A stretch of DNA of 64,000 bases from Eledone cirrhosa (lineage: Eukaryota). The notes beneath the pieces are model-generated. The model was not told where the DNA came from, made no database searches, and saw only the letters and a list, made by a program, of their open reading frames with translations. The position numbers and the translations under genes are program-made. The stretch is from positions 235,848,001 to 235,912,000 of the forward strand of contig OZ024741.1 in NCBI GenBank assembly GCA_964016885.1. Direction: 5' to 3'. Shown one piece after another: positions 27,675-40,959 of the stretch. Each line of letters opens with the position of its first letter. Position 1 is the first letter of the stretch.

Positions 27675-28264
27675 TTAACCCTCATTAACTCAGTCTAACA
27701 CTCTGTAAATAGGCACCATAGGTAAGTAGAGCTCCCCCTCCCATTGTATAATAATGGTCTACTTCAGTTATCTTGCAGTTGGGCGGTGATTTGGCAGAAT
27801 TAATAGAGTATCAGAAAGGATGTTCTATTTGTTCTAGCCATCTGAGATTCTGAGTTCAAATCACAACAAATTTGGCTTTGCCTTTCATACATTTCGGTGG
27901 TCAATAAATAAAGTACCAGTCAAATTCAGGGGACCATTTCCTCATCAATCCTTCCATCACCACTCTGTTATCGTGACAACAAAAAAAAAGAATTTTGGAG
28001 TCCTGAGTTTTACCAATTCCAAGATAAAGTTGTTGGCATCCAGCTGTAGAAACCTTGCCAAAACTGGAATATATGTAAAAGAGATGTGGCATAGCTGGTC
28101 ATTAGCTATGATTAAGTACTGGCTTGGTCTGTAATGACTCATGTAACAGTTAAATGATGATGATGAAGATGAAAGTAATTTAAATAAATTCCCATTTTTT
28201 AAAATGCTTTCAATTCAAATTAGTTTACTTTCTTTCTCCTTATCACCTTCCTGGTTCTAGATAA

Positions 28265-28835
28265 TTAGACAAACAGACATACTGAGGTCTGTTGACTGGC
28301 AGGTGGATAGATAAACAGACAGGCATACAGCTATGTTGACTGACATGTGGATAGATAGATAGTCAGACAAACATACAGTAATATATTGACTGACATATAT
28401 ATAGATAGGTAGACAGACATACATACAGATATGTTGACAGGCAGGTGATTAGACAAATAGACATACAGGCAGATGTGTTGACTGACAGGTGGATAAACAG
28501 ACAGGCATACATACAGCTATGTTGACTGATAGGTGGATAGATAGATAGACAGATATATTGACTGACAGGTGAATAGATAGACAGACAAACAAATATGTTG
28601 ACAGGCAGGTGAATAGATAGATAGGCAGGTATACAGATTTGTTGATGGACAGATAGACATGTAGATATACAGACGGACAGTTAGATAGATAGGTAGACAG
28701 ATATATTGACAAACAGGTGTATAGATAGACACATAGTCATAGAGACAGTTATGTTGATTGACAGATGGACAGAGAGACAGACATACAAAGAGGTATGTTG
28801 ATGGACAAGTGGATAGATAGGGAAACAGTCAGATA
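28265..28835. repeat. GATA/GACA-based minisatellite
   Basis: Recurring ATGTTGACTGACAGGTGGATAGATAGACAGAC-type units. Confidence 0.9.
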
Positions 28836-28877
28836 GGAGGATGGATATATACCTATTATATTGAATTCTAACATTAA

Positions 28878-29038
28878 CATGATCAACCCTAGTACATGAC
28901 TGGTACTTTATTTTGCCGATCTTGTAAAGATGAAAAATAAAGTTGATCCTAGCAGGATCTGAACTGAGAACATAAAGGGCCATAACTAAATAGAGCCAAG
29001 CATTACGTGCAATGCTCTACCAATTCTACAAATCCACC
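28878..29038 (-). mobile_element. tRNA-derived SINE (family 1), partial
   Basis: CTGGTACTTTATTTT..GATGAAA..AAAGTTGA..GGATCTGAACT. Confidence 0.8.
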
Positions 29039-29054
29039 ATCTATTAATTACTAT

Positions 29055-29392
29055 AAACAACCAGTAATATGACCAGCAAACTGGTTGTCATAACAACATG
29101 GTATCTACTCATAAAATGGCAACCAATCACAGAGCAATACAGCTCACCATGACAACCAGCCATACATTTCACCATAGCAACCAGTCATGCAGTAATACAC
29201 ATCACCATGACAATCAATCATACACTAATACATCTCACCATGACAACTAGTTACACAGTGCACCATTGCAACCAGTCATACAGCAATAGAGTGCATCATG
29301 GTAACCAAATCATATGATAATACAGCTCACCATGGTAACCAGTCATTCATATTACCATGACAGTGAAAAATGCAAGTTTCCATGGTAACTAT
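29055..29392. repeat. ~33-bp tandem repeat carrying CCATRGYAAC
   Basis: About 9-10 degenerate units of CAGCAATACATCTCACCATGRYAACCAGTCATA. Confidence 0.8.
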
Positions 29393-29904
29393 TTACATAA
29401 CATGGAGGTCAATAATATAATTGATCTCTGCATTGTTAGTCTGTGAAATAACCAGTCATACCACAAGGTGTGAATAGTATAACCAACATAACTACTGAGC
29501 TCATCCCTTCCTATGAGCTAAGCCCATGCAACAAGGAGAGGGTGTAGCTAAACTCAGGGTGCTGGTTCAAAACTGAAAAGAAAAAGGATACTGACTGTCC
29601 TAAGCCTGGAGATTACCCCAGTTTCATAGGCATGAAGAGACTGAGAGTACAGGATTCTCCCCTGTCCATCACAAATTTGACTACCAGTTGTTGCTGTTGC
29701 TGGTGGTACACACTTTTCAGCTTGGTAGACTGGAGCAGCATGAAGTGAAATGCCTTGCTCAAGAATACAATAGTTGAGGAATCAAACCTACAATATTACA
29801 ATCCTGAGCTTAAACACCCTAACCACATGTTCCAGGCCTCACTGGAATTGCTGATTCAAGTGTCTTCATCAGGCAACAACTACACCATTATAATCACACC
29901 ATAT

Positions 29905-30128
29905 AAGGACAGTGGATTGGCAGAATCATTAAAGTGTCAGACAAAATGCTTTGCAGCATTTAGTTACAATTCTTTATGTTCTGAGTTCAAATCCCATTGA
30001 GGTTACCTTTGGCTTTCATCTTTTCAGGGTCAGATGAAATTAGGTACCAGTTAAGCACCGGGGTTGATGTTATTGACTCTTCTCATATACCTGAATTGCT
30101 GGCCTTGTGCCTAAATTAGAAACCATTA
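29905..30128 (+). mobile_element. tRNA-derived SINE (family 1)
   Basis: Full-length copy with A and B boxes, core and CCTTGTGCCTAAATTAGAAACCAT end. Confidence 0.85.
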
Positions 30129-30644
30129 TCATCACATATTTCTTATACTGGTTTGAATCATACTGGAGCACTGACTTCAAGGATCAATCACAATACTTTT
30201 TTTTTATTCTATTGATCTCTATTTGTACAACTATGTTACAGGACACAAACAACACAAAAGTGATGTAGACACACATCTACCCACATGTATATATTTATAT
30301 AGACATATATATATATATATAGACATGCATATATATATAATCATCATCATTACTATTTTACATCATGGATTAGATGAGTTGTCACCTGAGGCTAGACAGG
30401 TCAAATGCATGTCTTGCCCATATATTCCATTCTCGTATGGTTTCTATGGCTGGATATATATATCATCCTCATTATCATTTTAAATCAACTTTTCCATGCT
30501 AGTATCAATTGGACAGGATGTTTCAAGTCAATGTTTTACAACTGGATGCTCTTCCTGACACCAACTCTTTTTGTTGCATTTATTACATGCAGAGATACAA
30601 TGTACCTATTCTAAACTGGATACATGCAGTTAATATATATGTAT

Positions 30645-30815
30645 ATATGAGGGGCTTCCACACAGTTTCCATCTACCAAATTTTGTTTACAAAGCATTAG
30701 TCTACCAGAAGCTATAGTTGAAGTTACTTGCCCTAGGTACTACACAGTGTAATTAAACAGAAAATTACGTAATTGAGAAGTGAACTGCTTAATGGCACAA
30801 AGATGTCTGTGCCTA
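30645..30815 (-). mobile_element. CORE-like tRNA-derived SINE (family 2), old copy
   Basis: Reverse complement contains GGGCAAGTAACTT..ATAGC..TTTGGTAGATGGAAACTG, as at 44205 and 49580. Confidence 0.65.
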
Positions 30816-31042
30816 CATTTGGATGTGTCCCCAAATTTTTTCATTGGTCACTTTCATAGCACTGGTCATCTGAAGCTTACCACAACTATACAACAACAAG
30901 ATTCCCATGCGAGGGATACTAGATACACCATGAGTCAACTAAAGTAGAGTTGACTGGGATGGAACCTTCCAATAACATCAACAATAGATAAAGGAACAAG
31001 GTCTCTTCTACATGGTCACAATCTGCTAAATATAACAGACAA

Positions 31043-31090
31043 ATTTCCCTTAAATCCCATCCTACCATTAGGATGGGATTTAAGGGAAAT
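31043..31090. repeat. Perfect 22-bp inverted repeat with a 4-nt loop
   Basis: ATTTCCCTTAAATCCCATCCTA-ccat-TAGGATGGGATTTAAGGGAAAT. Confidence 0.95.
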
Positions 31091-32714
31091 GTTGGAAATG
31101 TTGGATACGATGGTGTTGAGTACCTCTCACATAAGGAAAATTGGAGATGGTCACAGCTGGAATGCTTTTGATTAAAAAATTGTTAGATCAAGGCGAACTA
31201 AGGGCTTAACAATAGCCTCTAGTTAAAAACAGTTTCATCTTTTTTTGCCTGTTAAACTGATATTACAATAGCTCTGATCCTCTCAACTTGCTAGATATAT
31301 ACTTTTTCTCTCTGCACCTTGGTTTACCCAACATACCCACCATCTCCCTCTCTCTCCTGTTCCCATTGTCTTACTTCCTAAACTTTGCTACCCTAATCAC
31401 CTTCCAGTTCTTCTCAAGCACTTCTGTTTTTTCAACCCACCCTCACCTCATATTTTTATTTTCCTCTACAGATGTTTAACCTGAACATCAGCCACATCAA
31501 TCTCACCAGCCTGCTATGACATACAAGGATCATGAGCACAACTCCTTCTTTACCATCAAACAAATATAAACATCAGCCAACAAGAGAGCTTCTACATGTG
31601 AACACTACCCCTTTCTCTTCTGTTACTGCAGATTATTATAGAAATTCTGTAATATGACAGCTGCAGCCTAATGATGTCTGTCACTCCATACCAGTAACTG
31701 GTGCAGGGTTGATGATGGTTTTGCCAGGAGGGTTGGGATATGGTTTTAAAGGCTGTGTGCAAGTTTTACTTTACTTTGTATGGTATAGGTCTGATGAATG
31801 GGGTCGAATGTAGGTTTATGGGTTGCATTTGCTTGAGTTCATGGATAGCTTTAGTTCCTTATAGATGTTTTTAAATGCAAGGTAAAAAAATTGACGGTCA
31901 TAGTTACAAAAATATTAGCCAACCAGAGAACCTCTATGTGATTGCTTCATCTGCCAGAAAAAGCAGACACCACCTTCTTAGAAAAAGGGAAAGGCATTAG
32001 AAAATCTAATTCCACAAAAAAAAAAAAAAAATGGTATAATCACATCTGGAATGTCTTTGATCAAAAATGTGCCTGGTTAGAACTGACCTACGGCTAAAGA
32101 ATTTATGACAATAAAAAAAAAATCAACAACGCCTTTGAGAAGGGCTCTATTTTTTTACTGGTGCTGCCACTTAAGCTGGGGGCCATGTCAAGGCAGTCCC
32201 TTTAAGGCTTTTATTCTATATCAACCCTATAACTTATTTTACTGATCTCTATTAAATAGTGACTAAGTTACCTTTTGGAATAAAAGGATGCATAGAGGGA
32301 CCATTTTACAATGATATATACAGACAGATATCTGGAAAGTTCATCCCCTCTAAGATGAAGGCTTGGAAAAGTTTTTTGTTGAAGATCAGCATTCATCCAG
32401 TCATGCAAGTCTCTCCTCTGCATACCATCGGTGTTGTCCAATGCTGTTTCTGGCAAACTCAGATCAGAAAGATATCCAACACATCCAGACACAAACACAC
32501 ACGCGAGCCATACACATATGCACAGACATAGATAAGAAACTAAGAGACAAGATGGGAAAGTTGGACATAGCAAGAAACAATATCAAGTGGCTAGACGTCA
32601 GGTTTACTTAACAAGGGAGAAGGAGGGGGCAGAAAGTAAGAGTTTTGTCAATGTTCTGCAGTTTGAGGTGTTCTAGATTGTAAGACAGTGTATAAGACAG
32701 AACCAAGATGTCAT

Positions 32715-34290
32715 GTAGGAGAAGTGAGTATGGAATGACAGTAGCTCACTCACACTAAAAAAAGGTGCAAGGAAGTGGTGTTATGAGAAGGTGCTGAATA
32801 TGGAGAATGCATAGGAGGTTCTACCCCTAGTTGACCCAACTGAGGAGGCAGCCATCAAGTTGACAACAGTACAGGAGAGTGAGGTTCTACACCTAGTTGC
32901 CCCAACTGAGGGGGCACCCATCAAAGTTGACAACAGCATGGGAGATAAGGCAATTAAATTTTCCAATGGAGCAGGACACAGGTTAGTCACTTGTATAGTA
33001 AATCAGCTAGTACAGGAAGGCATCATACCCAATGACTGGTGTAGTAGTATCATTGTCAACTGTTACAAGGGACACCTTACAGAGAACAATTACAGAAGCA
33101 TCAAATTGCTGGATCAGGTTATGAAAGTTAAAGAACGATAGCCAAATTTATTAGGGAGAGAATTAATATTGATATGAAATGCAGTTTGGTTTTATGACAG
33201 GGAGAGCACTACAAATGCCTTCTTCTTCATGTGACAATAGCAGAAGTACTTACCTAAGAATAGCCCCCTATGCTTAGCATTTGTCAGCCTGGAAAAGGTT
33301 TTTGACAGAATCCCCTACACTGTAATCTGGTGGGCACTTAGGAAGATAAGGATAAATAAATGGCCTGCAGTTGACAAGGTGAAAGTTAAAAATGAGTATA
33401 GCAATAAATTTAGTATGTGGGTAGGAGTTCACCACAGCTCAGTTCTCAGGCCCCTTCTGTTTATTATAATCCTCCAACCTGTAACAAAGGAATTCATGCA
33501 AAACATGGACACTAAATCTGGAATCAAAATGCCTCAGAGTAAACCTAGCAAAGATTAAAGTTTTAAAAGAAGGAAAGAGGATAAGACTCCATTACACCAA
33601 AGAAATGGCTGTGCTCAATTTGTAGAAAAGGAGTAAGTAGAAACTCTATACAGTGTACCCAGTGTGGATATTGGGTGCACAAGAGATGTAGTGTGATCAA
33701 GGGTAGGCTGATAAAGGTAGACTTCATATGTGACAGGTGTACAGAAGTAGTCAACAATAAAGGTAATCAAGAAATATACTCCCTCAAATGTTCGGAAGGC
33801 CCACTAGAAGTAGTAGAAAGCTTTTGCTAGCTAGGTGACTTTATTAGTTGTGGAGGTAGATGCACAGAAAATGTTGCAGCCAGAGTGAGAACAGGATGGA
33901 TGAAGTTCAGGGAGCTGTTACCTTTGCTGGCAACAAAGGGCTTCTCTGAGTAAAGGGTAGATTATATATTTGCATCTGAATTGCAATACTGAATGGCAGC
34001 ACAACATGGACTTGGACTGCAGAATATTCTGGGTAGCTAAAAAGAAATGAAGCATGCGTGCTTCGCTAGATGTGTAAAGTTAGTGTACTGAGAGAAAGAC
34101 TGATGATAAAAGGAATCAAATTTAGTATGGAAGAGAGGCAATTTCACTGGTATGGTCATGTAATATATAAGGAAAGCGAGAGTTGTATCAAAAAGTGCCA
34201 AGCTCTTCAAGTGGATGGAACCGATGAAAGAGGGAGATCATGGAGGGCATTGGATGAAGTTGTGAAGAATGACCTCAAGAAATTGTTTTC
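32715..34290 (+). mobile_element. Old, degenerate RTE LINE (RT region to C terminus)
   Basis: IPNDWCSSIIV, NYRSIKLLDQVMKV, QFGF, AFVSLEKVFDR, WYGHV; many stops; ~65-bp tandem duplication at 32814-32938. Confidence 0.85.
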
Positions 34291-34519
34291 AAACAAATAA
34301 TGTTGTGTATTGTGGTAGTGTGTTTGAGTGTATAGGACATATCAGTGAATATATATGAGTAGAAGAAAGAAATCAATACAGATTGGTTGAAACAATAATA
34401 AAAATAATCAAATAATTGACAATGCATGTGTTTCATAGTGGAAAACATGACTACCAAAATACAAGAATTCATCATGTGGGCAGACAGATTTACATATGTA
34501 AGCATACTTGTAATATATA

Positions 34520-34547
<28 letters not shown>

Positions 34548-34555
<8 letters not shown>

Positions 34556-34723
34556 GTTACAAGTGACATATACAAGTACTTAATTTTCGTTGAGTTATAC
34601 ACCACAACTCATTCAGCCTGTTATATAATAAAATATATTTTATATAAACCGGCTGAATGAGTTGGGGTGTACAACCCAACGAAACTTAAGTACCTGTATA
34701 TGTCACTGTTGTAACTAATTATA
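34548..34723. ncRNA. Inverted pair of minimal type-I hammerhead ribozyme-like motifs (Penelope pLTR-like)
   Basis: Plus copy ACCGG-CTGAATGA-GTTGGG(8 nt)CCCAAC-GAAAC-TTAA-GTA-CCTGT; minus copy ACAGG-CTGAATGA-...-GAAAA-TTAA-GTA. Confidence 0.65.
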
Positions 34724-34819
34724 CTTTACTCGTCCTATGGTCTGAGTGCTCTTACCCTTGGATATTTCTACCAAACTTATACTACATATATACATGTATA
34801 CATATATATTTTAAAATGT

Positions 34820-34860
<41 letters not shown>

Positions 34861-35227
34861 CACTCAAACACATGTAAGCGTGTATGTGTGTATTTATGCT
34901 TTTATATCCACATGAAATAACATAAAATGTGATAGTACAGTATGCTGGAATCGAACCTCACATCATCTGTATAAGGGAAAACTGCACAAACTACTAAATT
35001 ATGATATAATATATATATATAAAGAGAGGGATAGGCAGAGAAATTATATATATACAAACAAATATGAGAGTTCTAAATATAAATATGGAATATATAGATA
35101 AACTAATATTTCAAATATATAGCATAAATGATCACTTAATATATGACAATTTTTAACACTGTATATATCACACATAGTATATATCACACATAGTATATAT
35201 CACATATAGTATATATATCACATATAG

Positions 35228-35266
<39 letters not shown>

Positions 35267-36100
35267 TTGGTTGTTGGGTGTTTCATCTTACAATTGTTTT
35301 TTATCAAGAACTCTAAAATACTACACACAAAACACGTGTGTATGTGAATATATATATATATATTATATATATATATATATACACGCACACATATATAGAC
35401 TCAAATATACACATACCAAGTCCGTGATGGAACTAGGCATATACGAACCCCACATAAGCAGAAAAACTACTTCAAATACGAGGTGGAGATATATTTATAC
35501 ACACCACACACAGACACACACCCTCATATATATATATGTAGCTACACACATAGACACTTTATATATTGATTTCTTTCTGATACACAAGGCCCTGTTATAT
35601 ATATACATATATGTATTAATAGACGTGCAGTTACCATATCCATCTCCAATTGTGTAAATAGATCTAAACTAGTTATTGGTAATAATTTAGATCATTTTTC
35701 ACGTGCGAATATACACTAATTATTTAAACTAATTATCCAAGAATAATCGTCAACAGAGAAAAATATTTTGGGGGCAGGAATTCCTTAGAAGGAAAATACG
35801 TTCGCAAAAAAGATTAAAAGAATAAAAAAGACTTAAAGAATAGATCATATATACATATACATATTTATATATTTATGATGAATGTATTTAAAGTAGACAG
35901 TTTAAAATTTCTCTCCTGCCGCCCTTAGCGAATTTTACCACTATGCAAACGGGGTGGGTGAAGTACAAGTGTAAGGATTTGGCGGGTATTGACGTCGTTT
36001 CTACACCTACCCGTCTAAATAATGCAGCTTGCTATTACCAGTACGATTATATATATATATTTTTAAAAAAATTTTGTATATATATATATATTACTCTCTC

Positions 36101-36148
<48 letters not shown>

Positions 36149-36237
36149 ATGTGTGTATGTATGTGAGGGATAAATTGGTATTTACCGAGTAAAGAGGGAA
36201 CATGCCCACAGCCTTTTTCAATATACACATACATACG

Positions 36238-36308
<71 letters not shown>

Positions 36309-36599
36309 ACATTGAAAAAAGCTAATGTACAAAATATCGTCACACATCATTCCATATATGTTTGATGAACTGTATTTACGGACGTAGAGTAATATACAGA
36401 AATGGATCGATACAGATACATAGATGTATAAATGTACTTAGATAGACAGATGAGCTAAGGACGGTCCCTTCAATAAATGAATAGTCTATATTATAGTTAA
36501 ATAGATAGATGGAGTTATTAACACACACACACACACACACATATATATACATATATACGAGGCATGTGCTCTCATCTTGCTGTATGTTTTTGTTATTGA

Positions 36600-37450
36600 T
36601 TCTGGTGGAACAACTTCGGGACGGAACTTTGCGAGTCGATCGCGGTTTTACAAAGTTCTTGGTTTACCTAGGGATATAATAGAAGGGAAAAACAGGTGAG
36701 GACGGTTGTTGCTGGAGCGAAGGAATGGGTGTGACTGACAGGGTGTGGCAGTTTGTCTAGAGATCCCCCCTTTTCACGACATGAGAGATCAGCTTACACC
36801 AGCAGGAGACTTGCTCGCAGACAATTCCGACAGAAATATACCAAGAATGAAACATGCCGTTAATGACCGGGGTGAACAGAGTGAAAACCGCTTGGCCGAC
36901 CCCACGGGACACATAAGAAGTAAAATTGACAAACAAAAGAGAGAATAAAATTATGAATTTAAAAAAAAAAATAGTTATTACAATAAGGGTGGATATGATG
37001 ATGATGGCAATGACGAAATAATAACGATAGTGATGGTGATGACCATGATGATAAACGGTGGGGGCTAACAATAATGTAGATAATGATGCTGATGCTGCTA
37101 ATTGACATGGTGATTGTTTTTAAAAGTGGCGTCAACAACTATTGATGTCTGAGATAGCGTTAAGTGTTGGTGTTGGAGGCGATAGTAGCATTGATGATAG
37201 TGGTGGTGGTGTTAAGGATGGTGGAGGTGGAGGCAGTAGTAGCAGTAGCGCGGCGGCGGCGGCAATAGTTATTAATGAAAATTACTGTTACACCAACCTG
37301 ATTAATAGCGGCAGTATTGAGTGCATTCTTCCCTGACAGCATGTCTCCCTCTCTTTCTCTCTAGTATGGTGCCTTAACTATTTAGACATAGACTGTGGGT
37401 TTCTCTCTCTCTCTTTCATAGACACACACAATTGCTGTAAAACAGGCTTA

Positions 37451-37484
<34 letters not shown>

Positions 37485-38260
37485 GAGGTAGGGCAGAGGG
37501 GCAAAGATAAAGAAAGAGAAAAAGAAGAAAGATAACGTGCGGGTAAAAGAGAGAGAGAGAAAAGAAAGAGAGAGAGAGAGTGCTGAGCTGAGCAAGGTGC
37601 TTGGGTTGTTTGTGAAGTCGGGTCTTTCTTGGCTTGGCTATTTGGCAGCGAGCTTATTGTTGTTGCGTTTCTCTCTCTCTTTTTCTTTTACTGACTTTTT
37701 CTTAATAATTACTTTTGTTTGTTGCTGTAATTTTTTTTTCACTTAAGTTTTTTTTTTAAATAGGGAGCTGTTGGCTGGACTAACTATATAGACATCAATA
37801 GCTAAATGTCTCGAAAACTGCAAGGGGGAGATAAGGAGAAATCTGCAAGACACACAGACAGACTTATATCAGGCTTTTTACGGCTTTTTTTTACTTCTTA
37901 TTCGTTGTTTTTTTTTAGCGTACATTTATTTACCATCAACATATGTATATTTTTTGGAATTTTCCTTAATTTTCATTATTTACCATTTTCCTACCGTTCT
38001 AATCAACGTACGACCTAAACTATATCTTCCGATTTCAATTTAGCTTTGGTTTTTCTAAAAAAGAACAAAACAAAAAATAATTCGAAAAATGTCGGATCTT
38101 ATTTTTGACGTATATTTTTGTTATTTTTCCTCCATTGTGTTTTTGTTTGTTTTTGTTTGGTGGTCTTCCATTACTCCTCCTCCTCCCTCTCTCTCTCTCC
38201 CATTTATATCTCTTCACAACTGGAGAGTTCCCTCATGCAAGGGCCACAGGTTTCTAAGGC
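36600..38260. promoter_or_regulatory. CpG-retaining region, candidate promoter and first exon(s)
   Basis: Many CpGs, (GCG)n and GA-rich tracts; minus-strand donor TAG|GTAAAC at 36667; possible plus-strand donor CAG|GTTTCT near 38250. Confidence 0.4.
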
Positions 38261-39421
38261 GATCTTTTTTGTTGATTTGTTTTTTGTGTTTTTTTTCTGA
38301 AAAAAATGTCTGGTTTTGAGTTTATGTATTGTATTATGTGTGTGTGTATTTATATATATTCATATTTATGTGTGTGTGTATATACCAATGCGTGTGTATA
38401 CACTAATGCGTGTTGGGGGTCACGGCTGGAGAGCCGTTGATCATGAACAGGTCTGCTGGATCAAGGTTGTCCGCGGGCTAAACTACTACGTCATCACTAC
38501 CACAGTCACCTTCACTCTATCACCACCCCCCTGTTGTATCATACATTCTTTCACTCTTCCCCATCTTAACCCACACCACTACCTCACCTATATATATTTA
38601 TCTATGTGCACACACACATATATATATCCACATTTATATATACACACACGCGCTCATATATCTGCATACATTTACATACACATATATATATAGAGAGAGA
38701 AGTGATGGTGCCCCAGCACGGCCGTAGCCCATGAGCTGAAACAGGAAAAACGTACGGACATACACACTCCATAGTCCATTGATTTTATGTTTAATGGCTT
38801 CATTTTTTTTGCTTAATTTTCTGTTCTATTCTTTAAAAAAAAAAACTCCCCCAAAATATTAATCCATTAAAATATATAGTATTTTCAGCAGATGATTGTT
38901 CTTGTCTCTTCCACATATATAAGTATGTCTATCATAATTTCTCCTCACATCTATATACAAATGTATGCTATAGTCTTTTTTCTTCCCATTCATTAAACAC
39001 AATACTTTTTTTTTTTTGTTTTTCCAATCTTGATACCTCCCACTCTCGGTATTGTCACAACTTCTTTCGTAACGTTTGTTACACAAATGAATACACACAC
39101 ACACACACACACACCTCCTACAAATACTTGATTCTCACAATTACACATACACACGGACTCTTATACAAATCCATAAACATTCTATTGTCATTACCGACTA
39201 GACACGAGTGTGTGTTTCCCCCCCCCCTCCCACTGTCTCAGCTGTACCCTACTTCTACACTCCTCTTTTAGACAATGTACATGCACACTCATATGCTCTC
39301 TCTCACGCACAAAGTTATTTTCTCTCTAATTCATTACTTACTATTTCCTCCATCACCTCCGCAAAAGCGCCATTGCCATTACCTTCAACAATATCATCAG
39401 CCGATAAGGGAGTCTCTATGC

Positions 39422-40451
39422 CAGTGGTTCTCACCTGGGATACATACCGCCCCAGAGGCCCATACTAATGCCCCCCCCCCCCCCCCTCCCCCCGCAAATT
39501 GGGGGTCTATTTAGGGTTCAATGGAAACATTTTGCTTCAAAGAAAATACCTTAATCCTTAGAGTAAAAAGAAAAAAACAACAACCAAAACAGTTGGTCAA
39601 AATATTTCCTACGGAATTAATGGAAATCAAAATAAATAATACTAGAGGAAAGCAAACTTGAATCAGTGATGATGAAGTGCAAATCATTTTATACACGTAC
39701 ATGATACTACTTAATTCGTCAGAAGACAATCTACAACATGCACTTGATAGATTTGCTGCATGGTAGGAATTGAGACGCTTGTCCTCTCAAGGAAGCCTGT
39801 ACAGAGCACTCTACATGTGAATGGAGCTCCACTGAAGCAGGTGAAGAAGTTCAAATATCTCAGGGCCGTGTTCATAAGTGATGAAAGGCAGGGGGCTGAA
39901 TGAAGTGCAAAAATTGCAGGAGCTGGTGCAGTAATGCACCAGCTTCAACATTCAGACATCATAAGAAAGGAGGTAGGTATAAAAGCCAAATTTGATAAGA
40001 GTACTTAGCTTGAAGATCAGACAGTTGCTCCAGTTTGAGCTGCTACTTCTCCGTATTGAGAGATCACTGCTCCAATATTACTGAGATGTGGTTTGAATGT
40101 CTTAGGAGAGAATCGCTGGACAGATTTTACATGCAAAACCAACTGACAGCAGAGCCACCCCAATCAAGATGGTTGGATAACATCCATAAGCTTGGCTGGT
40201 CTTGCTTGGTGATCCAGCTAGATCAAGTGGAGACAGTTGTTTCTGACAGGATTCACTGGAAGGCGTGCTTGACGATTTTGCCCCTATGACCCTCCCAGGA
40301 ATAAGTAGGCAAAGAAAAAGACCTTTGAATTGAGTTCAATTGAAGAAAAGAAAAATATTAAGATTTTTAAGGATCAGATGGCTATGGGGATCCGCTAGAG
40401 TAAAATAGGAATCAAAGGGGTCCATAGGGAAAAAGAAATTGAGAACGACTA
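39422..40451. mobile_element. hAT (Charlie-like) non-autonomous element with a nested RTE family B fragment
   Basis: Ends CAGTGGTTCTCA and TGAGAACGACTA; 8-bp TSD CTCTATGC/CTCTATGT. Confidence 0.75.
39690..40322 (+). mobile_element. RTE family B 3' fragment
   Basis: LKQVKKFKYL..., SRWLDNIHKLGWSCLVIQLDQVETVVSDR. Confidence 0.8.
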
Positions 40452-40959
40452 CTCTATGTGGTCAGTTGAGAAGTGGCAAGTAAATCTCCCTCAAATCACA
40501 CTCTTCTGTAATGTGATCCCAATATACTGTGTATATATATAACACGGCAACAGTACCGATATTGTGCAAGGTATGGCGCTGCCATCTGGCCAGACTTGGT
40601 TCATAACAGGATCACTTAGTAACACGGCTCCTCCATGTGTAAGGCTTGGTACGGCCAACAGTCCAGACCTCTATCATAGTAGGACCACCTGGCTCCCAAA
40701 CTATGGTTCCACTGTGAGCAGGGTACGGCATGGCTAACTGGCCTGCTCTCCTCATAATGCTGCCAACCAGTTCCACACAGTGGTTAGTGTTAGAAAGGGC
40801 ATCCAGCTGTAACAATCCCAGCCAAACAGAGTTCTGTCTGAGCAAGGTACGACGCGGCCAACTGGCCTGATTTGTCTCATGACGTGGGAAACCTGTGTAA
40901 CCCATGCAAGCATCGAAAATGTACATTAAACGGTGATGATATATATATATTTGTGTATA

